A stretch of DNA of 64,000 nt from Stylophora pistillata (lineage: Eukaryota). The notes below the pieces were generated by a model. The model was not told the origin of the DNA, made no database searches, and saw only the letters and a list, made by a program, of their open reading frames with translations. Made by a program: the position numbers and the translations under genes. The DNA is taken from positions 352,895 through 416,894 of the forward strand of contig NW_019217957.1 in the NCBI RefSeq assembly GCF_002571385.2. Reading direction: 5' to 3'. Of the stretch, positions 33,038-46,297 are shown in pieces. The first letter of the stretch is position 1, and each line of letters opens with the position of its first letter.

Positions 33038-35000
33038 GCGGCTATAGTGTTTTGGCATACAACACCATAACCTGGCCACGTCTCAAACCCAGACCTCTCA
33101 ATACTAGTCCAAAGCCCTGCTCTGGTAAAAAGAAAATTGGACCACTTCAAGGAAATTAAACATCAAGAGTGGAACAATGCACAAAAATTAGTTTTTACAA
33201 GCTACTCTTAAATTCGAGAAAAAATAAAGTGTATGTATGTATGTATATATGAATGTACGTATGAAATATGTATGTATAAATATACACAAGTTTGTAGAGC
33301 TCTTTAAAGCGATACAGCCTTTTTAAAAGGAAAGTTAATTCACCTGCCCCCATCTTCTCCTCCTCTTCATCGCTGCTTTCTTCACTTTTTGGTTCAGCTA
33401 TAGAATAATTTAAAGGAGTCATAACTAATATGTAAGTTTCAAGTGATATATATGGAAAGAGTACCATATAACCCCATACATTAATTATGCATTCCACTTC
33501 TTTGTCTTTCACGACAAAACTTTAAAAACAAAGTCTACTAGTCTGAATGCATAATTAATGAATGGGGTTATATGGTACTCTTGCCCTATATTTTAATGCA
33601 TTTTACTGTGGTTAGAATTACATTACTTTTTTATATTCATGAAGTATAGTGAAATTCAAATTCAACAGAACACCATGCTTACCATCTTTCAGTGCATTTC
33701 CGAGGACACCATTTTCTGCTCTGCAAAGGTAATCCATTAAAGTATATGAATACTACCAGTCTCCACATTTATTCTCCAAAATATTGCATGAAGAGAGGGG
33801 AACTTGTAAAACCTAGCAAAATTTATTACTTTGAACATGTTTTTCTTCTGAAAAGTTTCCAACATCAATAAAGACTAACTTCTCAGAATTGCCATTTATT
33901 CTGGAAGTTTAAACTAAAACACATCAAAAATGTGCATTATGAAAATTGCATTTACAACTACACCAGAATGTTCAGAATCTTTAGTTGCAAGTGACTGAGT
34001 AGCAAAACTGTCATTTGGGGGGGGAGTCTTACAGTTACTAGAGAGGAAGGAGGGAGTGGACCCCAATCGTCATGATAACATTTACCTTGCCAGTTCTAGT
34101 AAGGACTTTCCAAAGAAGAGGTATGCTTCACCACATTCATCAGCACCTGGGCCGTATTTGCCATCTCTATTGTGATTAAAAAGTGTTAAAAATAGAATAA
34201 GTGATAAAGCTTTATAAAATAATTACAGTCTGTACCTTGATGAGGAATCTAAAGTTAGTTATAATTATTCACAAGTTGGAAGTTTTCTACAGACGCTCAA
34301 AAAACATTTGTGCCATGATATTCCCATAAAAAGCTTCTCACATGTCAAGTTCAGCCACAGCTGCCCATGCGATTGAAAATTCTTGCTAGGAACGGCGTGG
34401 AAGTTGTACACATTTTTGTGTGTACTTCAATGGAAGTTTAAATGCACAATGGATAACTCCACGTGCAGAATTGCGAAGTTTTTACGATTCAAAGCCTTGT
34501 TCTAAGAAATCAAGTCTTGAAAGTATCCGTTAAGTAACTGCTGATGAATACTAACATTGAAAGTAAGACTTGATTCAATCGTTTGTCAAAACGCAGTTAA
34601 TCTTGCGTTTGAAAATTGAAATTCACAGGGCTTGTAGTATGTAACAGATTTCACCGTAAATCCGCCAGTCAACACTCAAAATAAGTGTTCACTCTTGCTG
34701 TATTTCAATTTAAGAGGACATGAACAAGTTAAAAACAAAAATTGAAGACTTACAACTTCTGAGTTGCTTCCTCAAAGCATTTGACAGCTTGCACGACTTC
34801 GTTGCAAACGAGATGACGGCGTCCTTTGCCCATCAACTTTGTGACTTCATCACTGAAAAACACCGTAAGAAAACATGATTTAGGAGAGAGTGTTTACTGA
34901 AGACAAGGCTAACTACAGTGGAAAGTATCGCTTCGAATCCAAGTTACCAAAATTACCTGAAGGAAGATTCTGAAGCTGTACTTTGCGAGGAAGTAGCCAT
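21293..35000 (-). CDS. NASP: Nuclear autoantigenic sperm protein (H3-H4/H1 histone chaperone, SHNi-TPR), 15 exons, ~561 aa
   Basis: Exons 35000-34957, 34852-34754, 34166-34086, 33720-33683, 33397-33344, 29772-29686, 28660-28158, 27957-27887, 27373-27300, 27141-27051, 25482-25248, 24851-24810, 24144-24082, 22326-22282, 21451-21293 splice in frame. Motifs [35 protein letters not shown], acidic insert, [31 protein letters not shown]-terminal PVRRKRKPE NLS. Confidence 0.93.
23034..23812. mobile_element. Kolobok-like non-autonomous element
   Basis: TTAA|GGTGGCTGAACACA ... TGTGTTCAGCCACC|TTAA. Confidence 0.8.
24300..24682. mobile_element. Inverted pair of Penelope-like terminal repeats with decayed hammerhead cores
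   Basis: ~180-bp arms around a ~25-bp spacer; CCGACGAAGGGCTAACACTCGAAAC at ~24592-24616 is a mutated CTGANGA...GAAA core. Confidence 0.72.
25483..27050 (-). other. U12-type (minor spliceosome) GT-AG intron, NASP intron 10
   Basis: Donor GTATCCTTTG; branch TTCCCTTAAC 13 nt before AG; no polypyrimidine tract between them; joins ...RLIAET and SYSMGLAY... in frame. Confidence 0.88.
26140..26520 (+). mobile_element. Decayed RTE-type LINE 3' fragment
   Basis: Residual frames ITKTALR...KRKRE.PKNTW and [21 protein letters not shown], typical of RTE C-termini. Confidence 0.65.
28275..28390 (-). repeat. 21-bp coding minisatellite (EEGKEGA)x~5 in the NASP acidic exon
   Basis: Plus-strand unit CCCTCCTTGCCTTCTTCAGCA repeated. 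Confidence 0.9.
28924..29210. mobile_element. MITE with internal TTCCAGGACT repeats
   Basis: CAGGGTT...AATCCCG ends flanked by TCTCAT on both sides; a related TTCAAGGAC-rich element lies at ~53250-53540. Confidence 0.6.
29249..29420 (+). mobile_element. Solo LTR (172 bp) of the neighbouring Gypsy family
   Basis: TGTTG...CAACA with 5-bp TSD CAATT on both sides; nearly identical to 30172-30343. Confidence 0.93.
29870..30022. repeat. Palindromic MITE-like element
   Basis: TCTTATTAACCAAGC...ATACTGGGAGAATATTGGCC mirrored by GGCCGATATTCTTCCAGTAT...GCTTGGTTAATAAGA. Confidence 0.75.
30172..33004 (+). mobile_element. Ty3/Gypsy (Mag-like) LTR retrotransposon in NASP intron 5, cut by an assembly gap in integrase
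   Basis: LTR 30172-30343; gag with twin CCHC knuckles; protease VDSGS; RT ([17 protein letters not shown]); RNase H (ETDAS, EKEAMA, TDQQ); integrase HHCC start (H..LCHPG...CSNCRAC). Confidence 0.95.
30375..33004 (+). pseudogene. gag-pro-pol polyprotein with a frameshift near 31620
   Basis: ORFs 30375-31895 and 31607-33070 switch at [18 protein letters not shown], consistent with a small deletion. Confidence 0.85.
33454..33585. mobile_element. Short deletion derivative of the Merlin-like element at 1219-2428
   Basis: Same TIRs GGAAAGAGTACCATATAACCCC / GGGGTTATATGGTACTCTTGCC. Confidence 0.8.
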
Positions 35001-35029
35001 GATTGTAACTTTCGATCGAATCATGCAGC

Positions 35030-35068
35030 AGATTTCGCGCTATTTATTCCCGCGATGTGACGTCATGA
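35030..35068 (-). promoter_or_regulatory. NASP proximal promoter with E2F-like sites and CRE
   Basis: TTTCGCGC (35033-35040), TTCCCGCG (~35047) and TGACGTCA (~35058) within 70 bp of the ATG. Confidence 0.55.
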
Positions 35069-36530
35069 GGCATGTGACCCACGGGGGAATCTATTTAGAA
35101 CCAGTCCATGAATGCAAAATGTCAAATACATTTGGTTTTATATCAATTTATTTCTTCATTCCATCCACCGAAGCAGCATCTCAGTTACTTAAGAAACTTA
35201 CTCCCTTTATTAATGCCTTTTAAATGATTTTCCGCCAAAACTTTGGCCCTGGTTCGCAACTTAAAACGTCTTGAGTGGAGACGGAAAATCTGAGAAGTGA
35301 GATGACTCCCGACACGATAGAACAATTAAGAATAAATAAAATTGCCCGACCTTTAAAAAATACGTATGTTCTGCGAAGAAATACTATCCCCCGTCCTTAT
35401 TTCAGAGTCGGTGCTCTTCTATCTGCACTGTCACCGTGTTTTTGGTACCCAAAACACCAGCTTTGACAGCGACACAAAGAACCAGCCAAAGAAGTGTTTT
35501 GCAGAATCTCAACTGGAAAATTTTAAGCATTTTTAAAACGCATTCTAATGCATTTTGGCCTATTAAGGAAATTTTTTTGAGGAAAAGCTTTTCAAAATTT
35601 TAAAAACACTATTTTTTTTCCTTCGTATTTTCCTATAAAGTCCGTGTCATCATGCTCACTTGCTCACTAGTGCCAGTCCCTTTGTCTAAAGAGTACCTCG
35701 GCCTCTCCTTTCATTAGCAATACATCATGATCGAAAAGAAGGGCGATGAAATGAAAGAAAAGTATTAACAGGGGAATATTGTTTGATTTAAAACCAAATT
35801 CTCAGAGCTATAATTACGAGAACTGTATTGCAGGAAAAGAGAATTGGATTTGAGATGTTGGATGTTGTATTAAATCGGGAGCGATGCAAGCGCAAGAGCT
35901 AACGTGGAGTGTGTGAAAAACTCAAGCCCATTGCGTTGAGCGCCGCGGAATATTTTTTCGCTTATTATTACGCTCAGGGTACTAATATTTTGTTCCCTAA
36001 TCCAATTTGACAATGACTTTCTATTGTGAAAAAAAAAAACGCTTCACTTACATCCAGTGTGGCGGAATTGATATCTACCTCACAAGCGATTCCGCATTTG
36101 TGCGGTCTCCTTTCGACGCACGTGTTGCTTACGGAGTTAACGACTACAATTCAGGCTTTAACCGGATCATGACTCAGTGCTAAAACGATGTTTATGTCGG
36201 GTAATATCTTCTTCAAAATATTTATGCCGGGCATAGTAGGGCGCGGTAAAAATTATATTTTCACTACGTTTACTTCTCTGAAAAAGTTAAAAATTGACAA
36301 ACGACTGAACAATGTACACAAAAGCCGGCCCAAGAATTCTTGACATTCTTAGATGGAACGCTAAAATCTTCCCCAAGAGTTTTAAAATGTCTAAGAAAGT
36401 AATTCCAGAAGCAACATTAAGCGGCTCGCAATAAAAAAAACATATATAGCATTGGTCATGGACTTTTATAACATTTGGTGGCTCCTAAGGGAGCCGTTGG
36501 TTTTGGCGGGAAACCCACAATTAAGTGAGT

Positions 36531-36902
36531 TTACTTGCTGCTGGTGTACTTCGTCACAGCCTTGGTTCCTTCACTCACGGCGTGTTTAGCCAGTTCACCG
36601 GGCAGAAGCAGCCTGATGGCCGTCTGGATCTCGCGAGAGCTGATGGTCGATTTCTTGTTGTAGTGGGCAAGGCGGGAAGCTTCGGTGGCGATGCGCTCGA
36701 AGATGTCGTTAACGAACGAATTCATGATGCCCATGGCTTTGCTGGAGATACCAGTGTCAGGGTGAACTTGCTTCAACACCTTGTAGATGTAGATAGCATA
36801 GCTTTCCTTTCTCTTTCCTCTCCTCTTCTTCTTTCCATCAGCGATGGCTTTAGCCTTTCCGGCTTTCTTCTCACCTTTCTTTCCTGCAACTTTTACTGGC
36901 AT
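36531..36902 (-). CDS. H2B: Histone H2B, unit 1
   Basis: [10 protein letters not shown]...[20 protein letters not shown]...KYTSSK; stem-loop 36480-36495. Confidence 0.98.
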   Translation of the reverse strand: MPVKVAGKKGEKKAGKAKAIADGKKKRRGKRKESYAIYIYKVLKQVHPDTGISSKAMGIMNSFVNDIFERIATEASRLAHYNKKSTISSREIQTAIRLLLPGELAKHAVSEGTKAVTKYTSSK

Positions 36903-37182
36903 CTTGGTTAATCTCAAAGATGAATAGATTGGCAGCGAAACTCATTTTGTATTTATAACAGAATAAAGGGATCTATTACCATACGGATCGAAAGTCTCGA
37001 TCATTGATTGGCTAGTTGTTATAATGACCCCAAGGTCAATAAAAGAATTGTGTAAACCACACCAAACTCAATATGATTGGTGCCTTTCGATCCCTCCAGC
37101 ATATCTAACGAACTCTAGATATCAGACTTTTCTCGTGAATCGTTATTCTGATAGCTGACAGTTAAAGCATTTTACGACAAAC

Positions 37183-37563
37183 ATGTCTGGTCGCGGTAAA
37201 GGTAAAGCTAAGGGCACTAAGTCCAAAAGCCGCTCATCCCGAGCAGGGCTTCAATTCCCAGTTGGTCGAATCCACCGTCTTCTCCGCAAAGGCAATTACG
37301 CTGAGCGAGTTGGCGCAGGTGCTCCAGTATACTTGGCTGCTGTTCTGGAATATTTGAGCGCTGAGATCCTCGAGTTGGCGGGCAACGCTGCTCGCGACAA
37401 CAAGAAAACCAGAATTATTCCCCGTCACCTTCAGCTGGCTGTGCGTAATGACGAGGAGTTGAACAAACTGCTCGCTGGTGTCACCATCGCACAGGGAGGT
37501 GTTCTTCCCAACATCCAAGCGGTACTTCTGCCCAAGAAGACAGAGAAGAAACCCAAGGCATAA
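37183..37563 (+). CDS. H2A: Histone H2A, unit 1
   Basis: [14 protein letters not shown]...[12 protein letters not shown]; stem-loop 37590-37605. Confidence 0.98.
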   Translation: MSGRGKGKAKGTKSKSRSSRAGLQFPVGRIHRLLRKGNYAERVGAGAPVYLAAVLEYLSAEILELAGNAARDNKKTRIIPRHLQLAVRNDEELNKLLAGVTIAQGGVLPNIQAVLLPKKTEKKPKA

Positions 37564-38387
37564 ATTAGCCTTGGCCATTTTTAAAAAACGGCTCTCTTAG
37601 GAGCCACCAGATAATACAAAAGTCTTGACTAACTACATAAGTTGCTAACTTTTTTAAGAATTTCTAGCTGATAACAACGTCAGCTGGAGTCATTTCAATA
37701 CTCTTCCTTGCTATTTCATTGATGGACTGATAACTTACGAGGCCTTGAATTAGGGTGAGGGAGAGATTAACTTCCTAAAAGGATTCAAACGCATACTCGA
37801 ATGATCCAGGACATTTTAGCTTCTGAATAAATAAAAAGAGAATTTCATTGCTTCGAACGATTTATGCTTCTGTACCTGAATCATTAACGGTCACAACAGC
37901 CGCGCCATTTTTACTGTTACTATTGATACAATTGATAATTTCTTGGGACATTAAAGTTCGTCTGATTTTAATTCTATAGGGGAAGGGGAGTAACCTTAAC
38001 TAGCCACTCTATATTTAAAATTTGTGCGCTTTAAGAGTGCAAGCAAAATAACACGAAGGTAGAAGACTTGTTTGTGGGCAAATTTTTTTCCTTTGATTGG
38101 TGACGTGAACTCCAAGGTTAACATGACATGAAAGTATTTGAACTATGTTATTTATAGGTTGTATGAAAATTTTAGATAAAGAAACAGAGTTAGTGAGAAA
38201 AAAAAAAAACAAACAAACAAAAAGCGAGTTTGGGGACCTATGTTATGCTGACGTGCAATATTCTCTTCAACGTGCTTCTGCCCCATATCGTGACGCGCTC
38301 GGAATGTGACCGCATTTATTGGTTATGACTTTTCTTATCTTTGGTGGCTCCCAGAGGAGCCGTTTGTTTAGTTTCAGGAGAGTCTTT

Positions 38388-38714
<327 letters not shown>

Positions 38715-39150
38715 TTAGAGTTATGGCAAGTTAACGAACGTTGGTAGATTATATTCAGAAAGATAAGACCTCTTAGAAAACATAATCCAAATGACTGTTG
38801 CGATTGGTTGAGACAAATATCAAAACATAATTATCACTGTAATATATCAACATGTATTAACATAAATCACACGGTTTTCCCGCGCGCGTGTATTTTCCAA
38901 TAGAAAACAACTGTGTTCCATCCGAAAGTCACTTGTGAACTATTTTAAGGAAAAGTTTTTCTTTCTAGTTATATTTCAGGAAGAATTGAATGTTAATAAT
39001 ACTCAACTTATGTTTAAGCAACGGAGTCCTTCGGGTCAAAATAGCATCACAGATCCGTTCAACTATTCACAGCTTTCGTTCATAACCAATCAAATCTCTT
39101 TATTTTGAGCCAATCACGAGCAAGCCCGCCAGGTATAAATTTTATTCTAA

Positions 39151-39603
<453 letters not shown>

Positions 39604-39628
39604 TTGGACTACACTTCAAATGAAAAAC

Positions 39629-39672
39629 GGCTCCTTTAGGAGCCACCACATGCATAAAAGCAATGGCCATAC
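39629..39672 (+). terminator. Histone mRNA 3' stem-loop and downstream element (representative of 14 copies)
   Basis: AACGGCTCCTTTAGGAGCCACCA followed ~8-10 nt later by an AAAAG-led motif after every histone gene. Confidence 0.93.
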
Positions 39673-41231
39673 TATGAGCCCCCGAATAACTTAGAATTCC
39701 CTGGGCTTCTAAATAAACCAAGAGTTCCTTATGATTGAATTTTGAAATGAGAAATGAAAACAACTGAAGTTTTTCAGAACACGTTTGCTTTGAGCCCGCT
39801 TAGCGACAAGTTTAAACCCCATAGAAATTATGTCTGACTTAATCTGTGTATCAAAACACAGAAGTTTTTTCATTTCCAAGTTAACCAGAACATACTAATT
39901 TATCAATGTTCTTCATTTTTATGTTGTACATTTGGCCTTGTAATTTTGGCGCTAGTATTATGCAAATCATCGGCGCTTATCGACATCTTTTGGATAGGCT
40001 TTTTAGATTAAAACTTTGGTTCACATGTTTCTTTAAGTATCACTTTGTAATATAACCACATTTACTTCATTCGATAAATCAAGGTTGCGAAAATTCTGGA
40101 CGTAGTAGCTTTGTTCCTCTTGCTCAAACTTGGGGGCCACTCGGTCCTTGAATTTGCGTTGAAAGGCTCATAATTTTACACACCAGCATAACTTAGTGCT
40201 CCTTCTTTCCTACCATAACTTTATGATCTATGTAAACTTGAAGTTTTTCTTTCTGGGGTGCCTGGTTTGTCGGAAACCCGAACCAACAACCTTGCCTCGT
40301 AAAATTGACCTCAATCGATCGATCATTGAACAGACTGGATATTCACAAATAGTCTGCTATTTCGCATAGTTCTGAATTTCAAACCTCATTGCAGAACGTA
40401 CAGGAAACCTATTGCAGCGTTTAGCAAGAACGTTACATTGCCAACTGATTTGCAAATTCCTCTTTGTGAATAAAGTTATATTTTGAGAATACATCTCCAT
40501 TGAGTGACTCCACTCTTGGCGTGAAATCTGACTGGGAGTCGAGAGCGCGCAATTGATTCGTGCAAAACTAGCTTGTCAGAATAGCAAGACAAATGTGCCA
40601 CACTAAACACAGAAACTTGTACCATTACCATCACCATTACCATTACTTTTCAAACTATTTCTTCAATATTCTTCCTCTCTTAAAGTTATTTGCTTCATTG
40701 AAGACATTTGGCATATAATGAAGGTCACGTCTGAAATGACGGATGTTGTAGTTCTGTTATTCTTGTTCAAATGTAGAGGCCGCTCTGCCTTTGAATTTGC
40801 ACTAAAATTCTCATTTTTTCAAGCACGTGCAAAATTTGGGACCTCTTCTTTCTTTAAATATCTAATTCAGCGATGAAAACCGACTTAAACAGAACTTCTT
40901 TTGTTATTTATCCACAGTTCTTTTTGGAATTTCACTGCTCCACAGACTTTTGACCGTGAAATGTCTTTCTTACTTTGAGTTAATCAAACTATATTCTCCA
41001 TATACACTTAGTTATATAACGTAGCAATGCTATTTTTTATTGGGAAAGATCTGAAGTTATCAAATTAGCTTAATATCGACCGAAATATCAAGTAAACTAA
41101 CACAGTTTGGACGACGCCATTTTGTAACATCCCTGTTTCCTCAGTGGTTCGTATATGAGGAATAATATTTCCACGCGCGCTCCAAGCAATCATTATTTTG
41201 TCTTAGTTCCAAAGGTTCTACTAAACATAAC

Positions 41232-41807
41232 ATGTCTGAGGGAAATTCCGCCGCTAAAAAGAAGCCGGCTGCGCCCAAAAAGCCAGCCGATCATCCACCT
41301 TATGCAGAGATGATCAAAGCTGCTATTTTGGCGTTGAAAGAGCGAAATGGCTCTTCCCGCCAAGCCATAGAGAAGTACATCACAGCCAACTACAAGGTTG
41401 TTGAGGAAATGGCGCACTTAAAGATGGCTTTGAAGAGGGGCACCGCTAGTGGAAAGTTTGTCCACACCAAGGGAGTCGGTGCTTCTGGTTCCTTCAAAGT
41501 GCCCAAGGAGGAAAAGAAGGAGAAGAAGCCAAAGAAAAAGCCAGCTGCAAAGAAGAAACCTGCTGCCAAACCAAAGAAGCCAGCCGCTAAAAAAGCAGCA
41601 AAGAAACCAGCGACCAAGAAGGCAGCGAAGAAACCTGCCGCTAGAAAACCAGCCGCGAAGAAACCTGCAGCTAAAAAGCCCGCAGCGAAGAAACCCGCAG
41701 CTAAAAAACCAGCGAAGAAGCCGGCAGCCAAGAAAACAGCAAAGAAGCCCGCTACTAAAAAGCCCGCCAAGAAAGCGAAATCACCGAAGAAGGCCACCAA
41801 GAAATAA
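41232..41807 (+). CDS. H1: Histone H1, unit 1
   Basis: [12 protein letters not shown]...[11 protein letters not shown]...[11 protein letters not shown] plus K/A/P-rich tail; stem-loop 41839-41854. Confidence 0.97.
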   Translation: MSEGNSAAKKKPAAPKKPADHPPYAEMIKAAILALKERNGSSRQAIEKYITANYKVVEEMAHLKMALKRGTASGKFVHTKGVGASGSFKVPKEEKKEKKPKKKPAAKKKPAAKPKKPAAKKAAKKPATKKAAKKPAARKPAAKKPAAKKPAAKKPAAKKPAKKPAAKKTAKKPATKKPAKKAKSPKKATKK

Positions 41808-42403
41808 AAGAGGAGATCAACTCTCCACTTAATTAAACGGCTCCTTTAGGAGCCACCACATTTAACCAAAAGTTTTTACCAACTGAGTATTTACGCCATT
41901 TTCGATAATTATAATGGCCTTCACCATTCCGATAGTGCCCTTCACTATAGTTTGTTTTCGCCTTCTCACCGATCAAACTGGGGTTTATGGAGAAAAATTC
42001 GCTAAAAGTGAGATATAAAGCGCGTAGTGAGGCTAACGGGCAACAACTTTTTCTGTATATCGGGAACAATTTATATAAAGACACGCTACGACAAATATAC
42101 CAAGCAGAACGAAGGGTGCACACTAAACCGCTGACAACTTAGGTCAGACTGTATATCACAAAATTTGTCAATAAGGAACAATAGGTTCTGTGTTGTTGGC
42201 GGTTTTTGTGAGCCTTTGAGCGTGAGAATAAGCGGCGAGGCTCTGGAAGGCTTGGGACGAAAAATTATAATTTTCCTACTGGCGACTCGATCTGCCGCTC
42301 GTCGCGTTTTAAGTTCAAACAAACCCGTTACCAACGCAGGCTTGTTTATGTTTGGGAAGCTGAGGTAACTCCTACTGTTGAAAGCTTTTTAAATAACAGT
42401 AAA

Positions 42404-42661
42404 TGTTCGGCCAAGCTCCCGCGAGGGCAGTGCAAGGCCTGCCTCTCTACACCTATAAACGGAGGGCCACCAGGCGCCAACTTCCCTCGGGAATCGAACC
42501 GCTCACACCAAAAATGAAACACTCTCTTTCACCAACTCACTCACGCTGACAAAACGAACACGCACAAAATGACACACACTGACAAGATGCCCCGAGCAGG
42601 ACCACGCAAAACCACGGGGCAGTACACTAACTAAGGAGACACAAGTGGCACGATACGGACA
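42404..42661. mobile_element. 258-bp insertion specific to unit 1 spacer (solo-LTR-like)
   Basis: Absent at the homologous unit 2 site (TAAATGTATGG, ~49005); TGTTCG...CGGACA ends. Confidence 0.5.
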
Positions 42662-43192
42662 ATGTATGGTCTGTTTAGAGCGAAAAAGAAAAGGGACTTT
42701 TTGTGAAAGTTGAACTCTTTTTATCAAGTTAGCTTATTCCACCTCTGTCTCGGGGCTCGATCAATACACGCTCCCATGCATTTGATTGAAAATCCCGCCG
42801 CGTCAACTACGTAGACCGTTAGGAATAGCTTTGAACTTTTCGATCGCGCTTAATCGAACAGTTAACGTTCGAAATTAAAACACTGCCCTTTCTTAACATA
42901 ATATAATTTGTGACATTTTGAAAGAGAAAAATTTACGATACCATTTTCAGTCTCTTTAGGACCTATAGTTGTTGAGCCTCGCCACTTATTCTCGATAAAG
43001 AAAGTAGTTCGCGCGGTCCGTTTAAAACCCCCAGACGTGCAGAAAGAAACGATTTTCTCAAGTTGACGAAAATGAAATTTATGGGAAACATTTTCAATTA
43101 AACTCATATTGCGTTGACAATTGACTTTCATAACATTTGGTGGCTCCTAAAGGAGCCGTTGGTTTTGGCGGGAAACCCACAATTAAGTGAGT

Positions 43193-43564
43193 TTACTTGC
43201 TGCTGGTGTACTTGGTCACAGCCTTGGTTCCTTCACTCACGGCGTGTTTAGCCAGTTCACCGGGCAGAAGCAGCCTGATGGCCGTCTGGATCTCGCGAGA
43301 GCTGATGGTCGATTTCTTGTTGTAGTGGGCAAGGCGAGAAGCTTCGGTGGCGATGCGCTCGAAGATGTCGTTAACGAACGAATTCATGATGCCCATGGCT
43401 TTGCTGGAGATACCAGTGTCAGGGTGAACTTGCTTCAACACCTTGTAGATGTAGATAGCATAGCTTTCCTTTCTCTTTCCTCTCCTCTTCTTCTTTCCAT
43501 CAGCGATGGCTTTAGCCTTTCCGGCTTTCTTCTCGCCTTTCTTTCCTGCAACTTTTGGTGCCAT
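43193..43564 (-). CDS. H2B: Histone H2B, unit 2
   Basis: [10 protein letters not shown]...; stem-loop 43142-43157. Confidence 0.98.
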   Translation of the reverse strand: MAPKVAGKKGEKKAGKAKAIADGKKKRRGKRKESYAIYIYKVLKQVHPDTGISSKAMGIMNSFVNDIFERIATEASRLAHYNKKSTISSREIQTAIRLLLPGELAKHAVSEGTKAVTKYTSSK

Positions 43565-43900
43565 CTTGGTTAATCACAAAGATGAATAGATTGGCAGCGC
43601 TACTCGTTTTCTATTTATAACAGAATCATAAAGGGATGTATTACCATACGGATCGAAAGTCTCGATCACTGATTGGCTTGTTACTTTACCGACCCTGGGG
43701 TCAATTTGCATGTCATTCTCTCTTTATTCATAAAATTACAATGCGGGTCTGATTACAATGATATTTATATCACAGAAAACTTGAAAATGATTGGTGCTTT
43801 TTGATCCTTCCTGCATTAAGAACGAACTATAAATATCATAGTTAGTTCAAGTCACCTATATTCATCCTTATTGAAAGCTATCCAAGCAATTTACATCAAC
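43565..43900. promoter_or_regulatory. Divergent H2B/H2A promoter
   Basis: TATA boxes on both strands, GATCC histone motifs, CCAAT (ATTGG) boxes and octamer ATTTGCAT at 43704-43711. Confidence 0.75.
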
Positions 43901-44281
43901 ATGTCTGGTCGCGGTAAAGGTAAAGCTAAGGGCACCAAGTCCAAAAGCCGCTCATCCAGAGCAGGGCTTCAATTCCCAGTTGGTCGAATCCACCGTCTTC
44001 TCCGCAAAGGCAATTACGCTCAGCGAGTTGGCGCTGGTGCTCCAGTGTACTTGGCTGCCGTGCTTGAATATTTGAGCGCTGAGATCCTCGAGTTGGCTGG
44101 TAACGCTGCTCGCGACAACAAGAAGACAAGAATCATTCCTCGTCATCTTCAGCTTGCTGTCCGTAATGACGAGGAGTTGAACAAACTGCTCGCCGGTGTC
44201 ACCATCGCACAGGGAGGTGTTCTTCCCAACATCCAGGCTGTACTTCTGCCCAAGAAGACTGAGAAGAAGCCCAAAGCTTAA
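43901..44281 (+). CDS. H2A: Histone H2A, unit 2
   Basis: Canonical H2A with NYAQRV; stem-loop 44306-44321. Confidence 0.98.
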   Translation: MSGRGKGKAKGTKSKSRSSRAGLQFPVGRIHRLLRKGNYAQRVGAGAPVYLAAVLEYLSAEILELAGNAARDNKKTRIIPRHLQLAVRNDEELNKLLAGVTIAQGGVLPNIQAVLLPKKTEKKPKA

Positions 44282-45075
44282 GTCAACTTTAAAACGAACA
44301 AAAACGGCTCCTTTAGGAGCCACCAAATATTACTAAAGTCTTGACCAACTAGATATGATAAGGTAAAAAACTACCAAATGATTATTATACAATAGCACCT
44401 CGTAACGTAACCCTTCCTCCCCAATTTCCAAGATTGTATTATAAAGTGAAAAATCTAAAGGATTGTAATCCACTTCAAGGACCAAGTGCACTTCAAAAAG
44501 TTTTCGCGCGACAAAAATATAGATATAACGCCTTGAGATATTTTATTCCACGCAAATGTGTGCAACTTGCGCCAAAAGCGTTCAATAAATCTTTGTTTAC
44601 GAATTTGCTGGCGGTTTTAAGAAATTGCGCTCAAATCCAGTTTCAAGATGAGCTGGTATGATATTGATTTTACTCTCTCAATGATTGTTGCTATGACCCA
44701 CTAAACAAAAAATCAGATAGGAAAGGTAGCTTTTTAACGGGCGGTACTGGGGAATGTAATTAAACAATGTGTAGCTTTTCGCAAAAATAAAATGGTTGTA
44801 TTTAATATTTAAATGCAGTATAAAAGCTAGAGAGCGAAAAAGAAAGCGAGCCATGTCACTGTAATAATTCTTGGGCTATTTCTTCAATCTTTCTCTGCGC
44901 ACGATATGCCGCTCTCATTTTACCGTGACCCGCGCGATATTTTTTTTATCAGTGTAAGCAAAGAATACGCGAAGTACAATGGCGTTACCAAGGGAAAGAA
45001 ATTTATTGGTCATGACTTTTCTTATATTTGGTGGCTCCTAAAGGAGCCGTTTTTTTGTGTGTCCGGGGGGTCTGT

Positions 45076-45522
<447 letters not shown>

Positions 45523-45844
45523 TTATCGCTGTAATATTGACATGTCTTAACATATATCAAACGGAGTTCCCGCGAGTGCATATTTTCCGTTAGAATAAAC
45601 CTCTGTTCCATTCGAAAGTCACTTCTAAACCGTGTTAAGAAAAGTGTTGCCTTTAAGCTATCTTCCAGGATAAATTTATCATGAATACTACTAAACTTAT
45701 GTTCAAATTATCTAAAATGGTCCTTAGGATCAAGATAACATCACAGATCCGTTAAATTATTTACAGCTTTCGTATCTGACCAATCAAATCCATTTATTTT
45801 GAGCCAATCGCAAGCAAGCCCGCCAGGTATAAATCCATTTCTAA

Positions 45845-46297
<453 letters not shown>

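Noticed and set aside
39650-43130. U1/U2 snRNA, 5S rRNA or tRNA genes in histone spacers
   Set aside because: No recognisable signatures; AATTTGTC at ~42162 and ~48808 lacks the HDE-complementary leader expected of U7.
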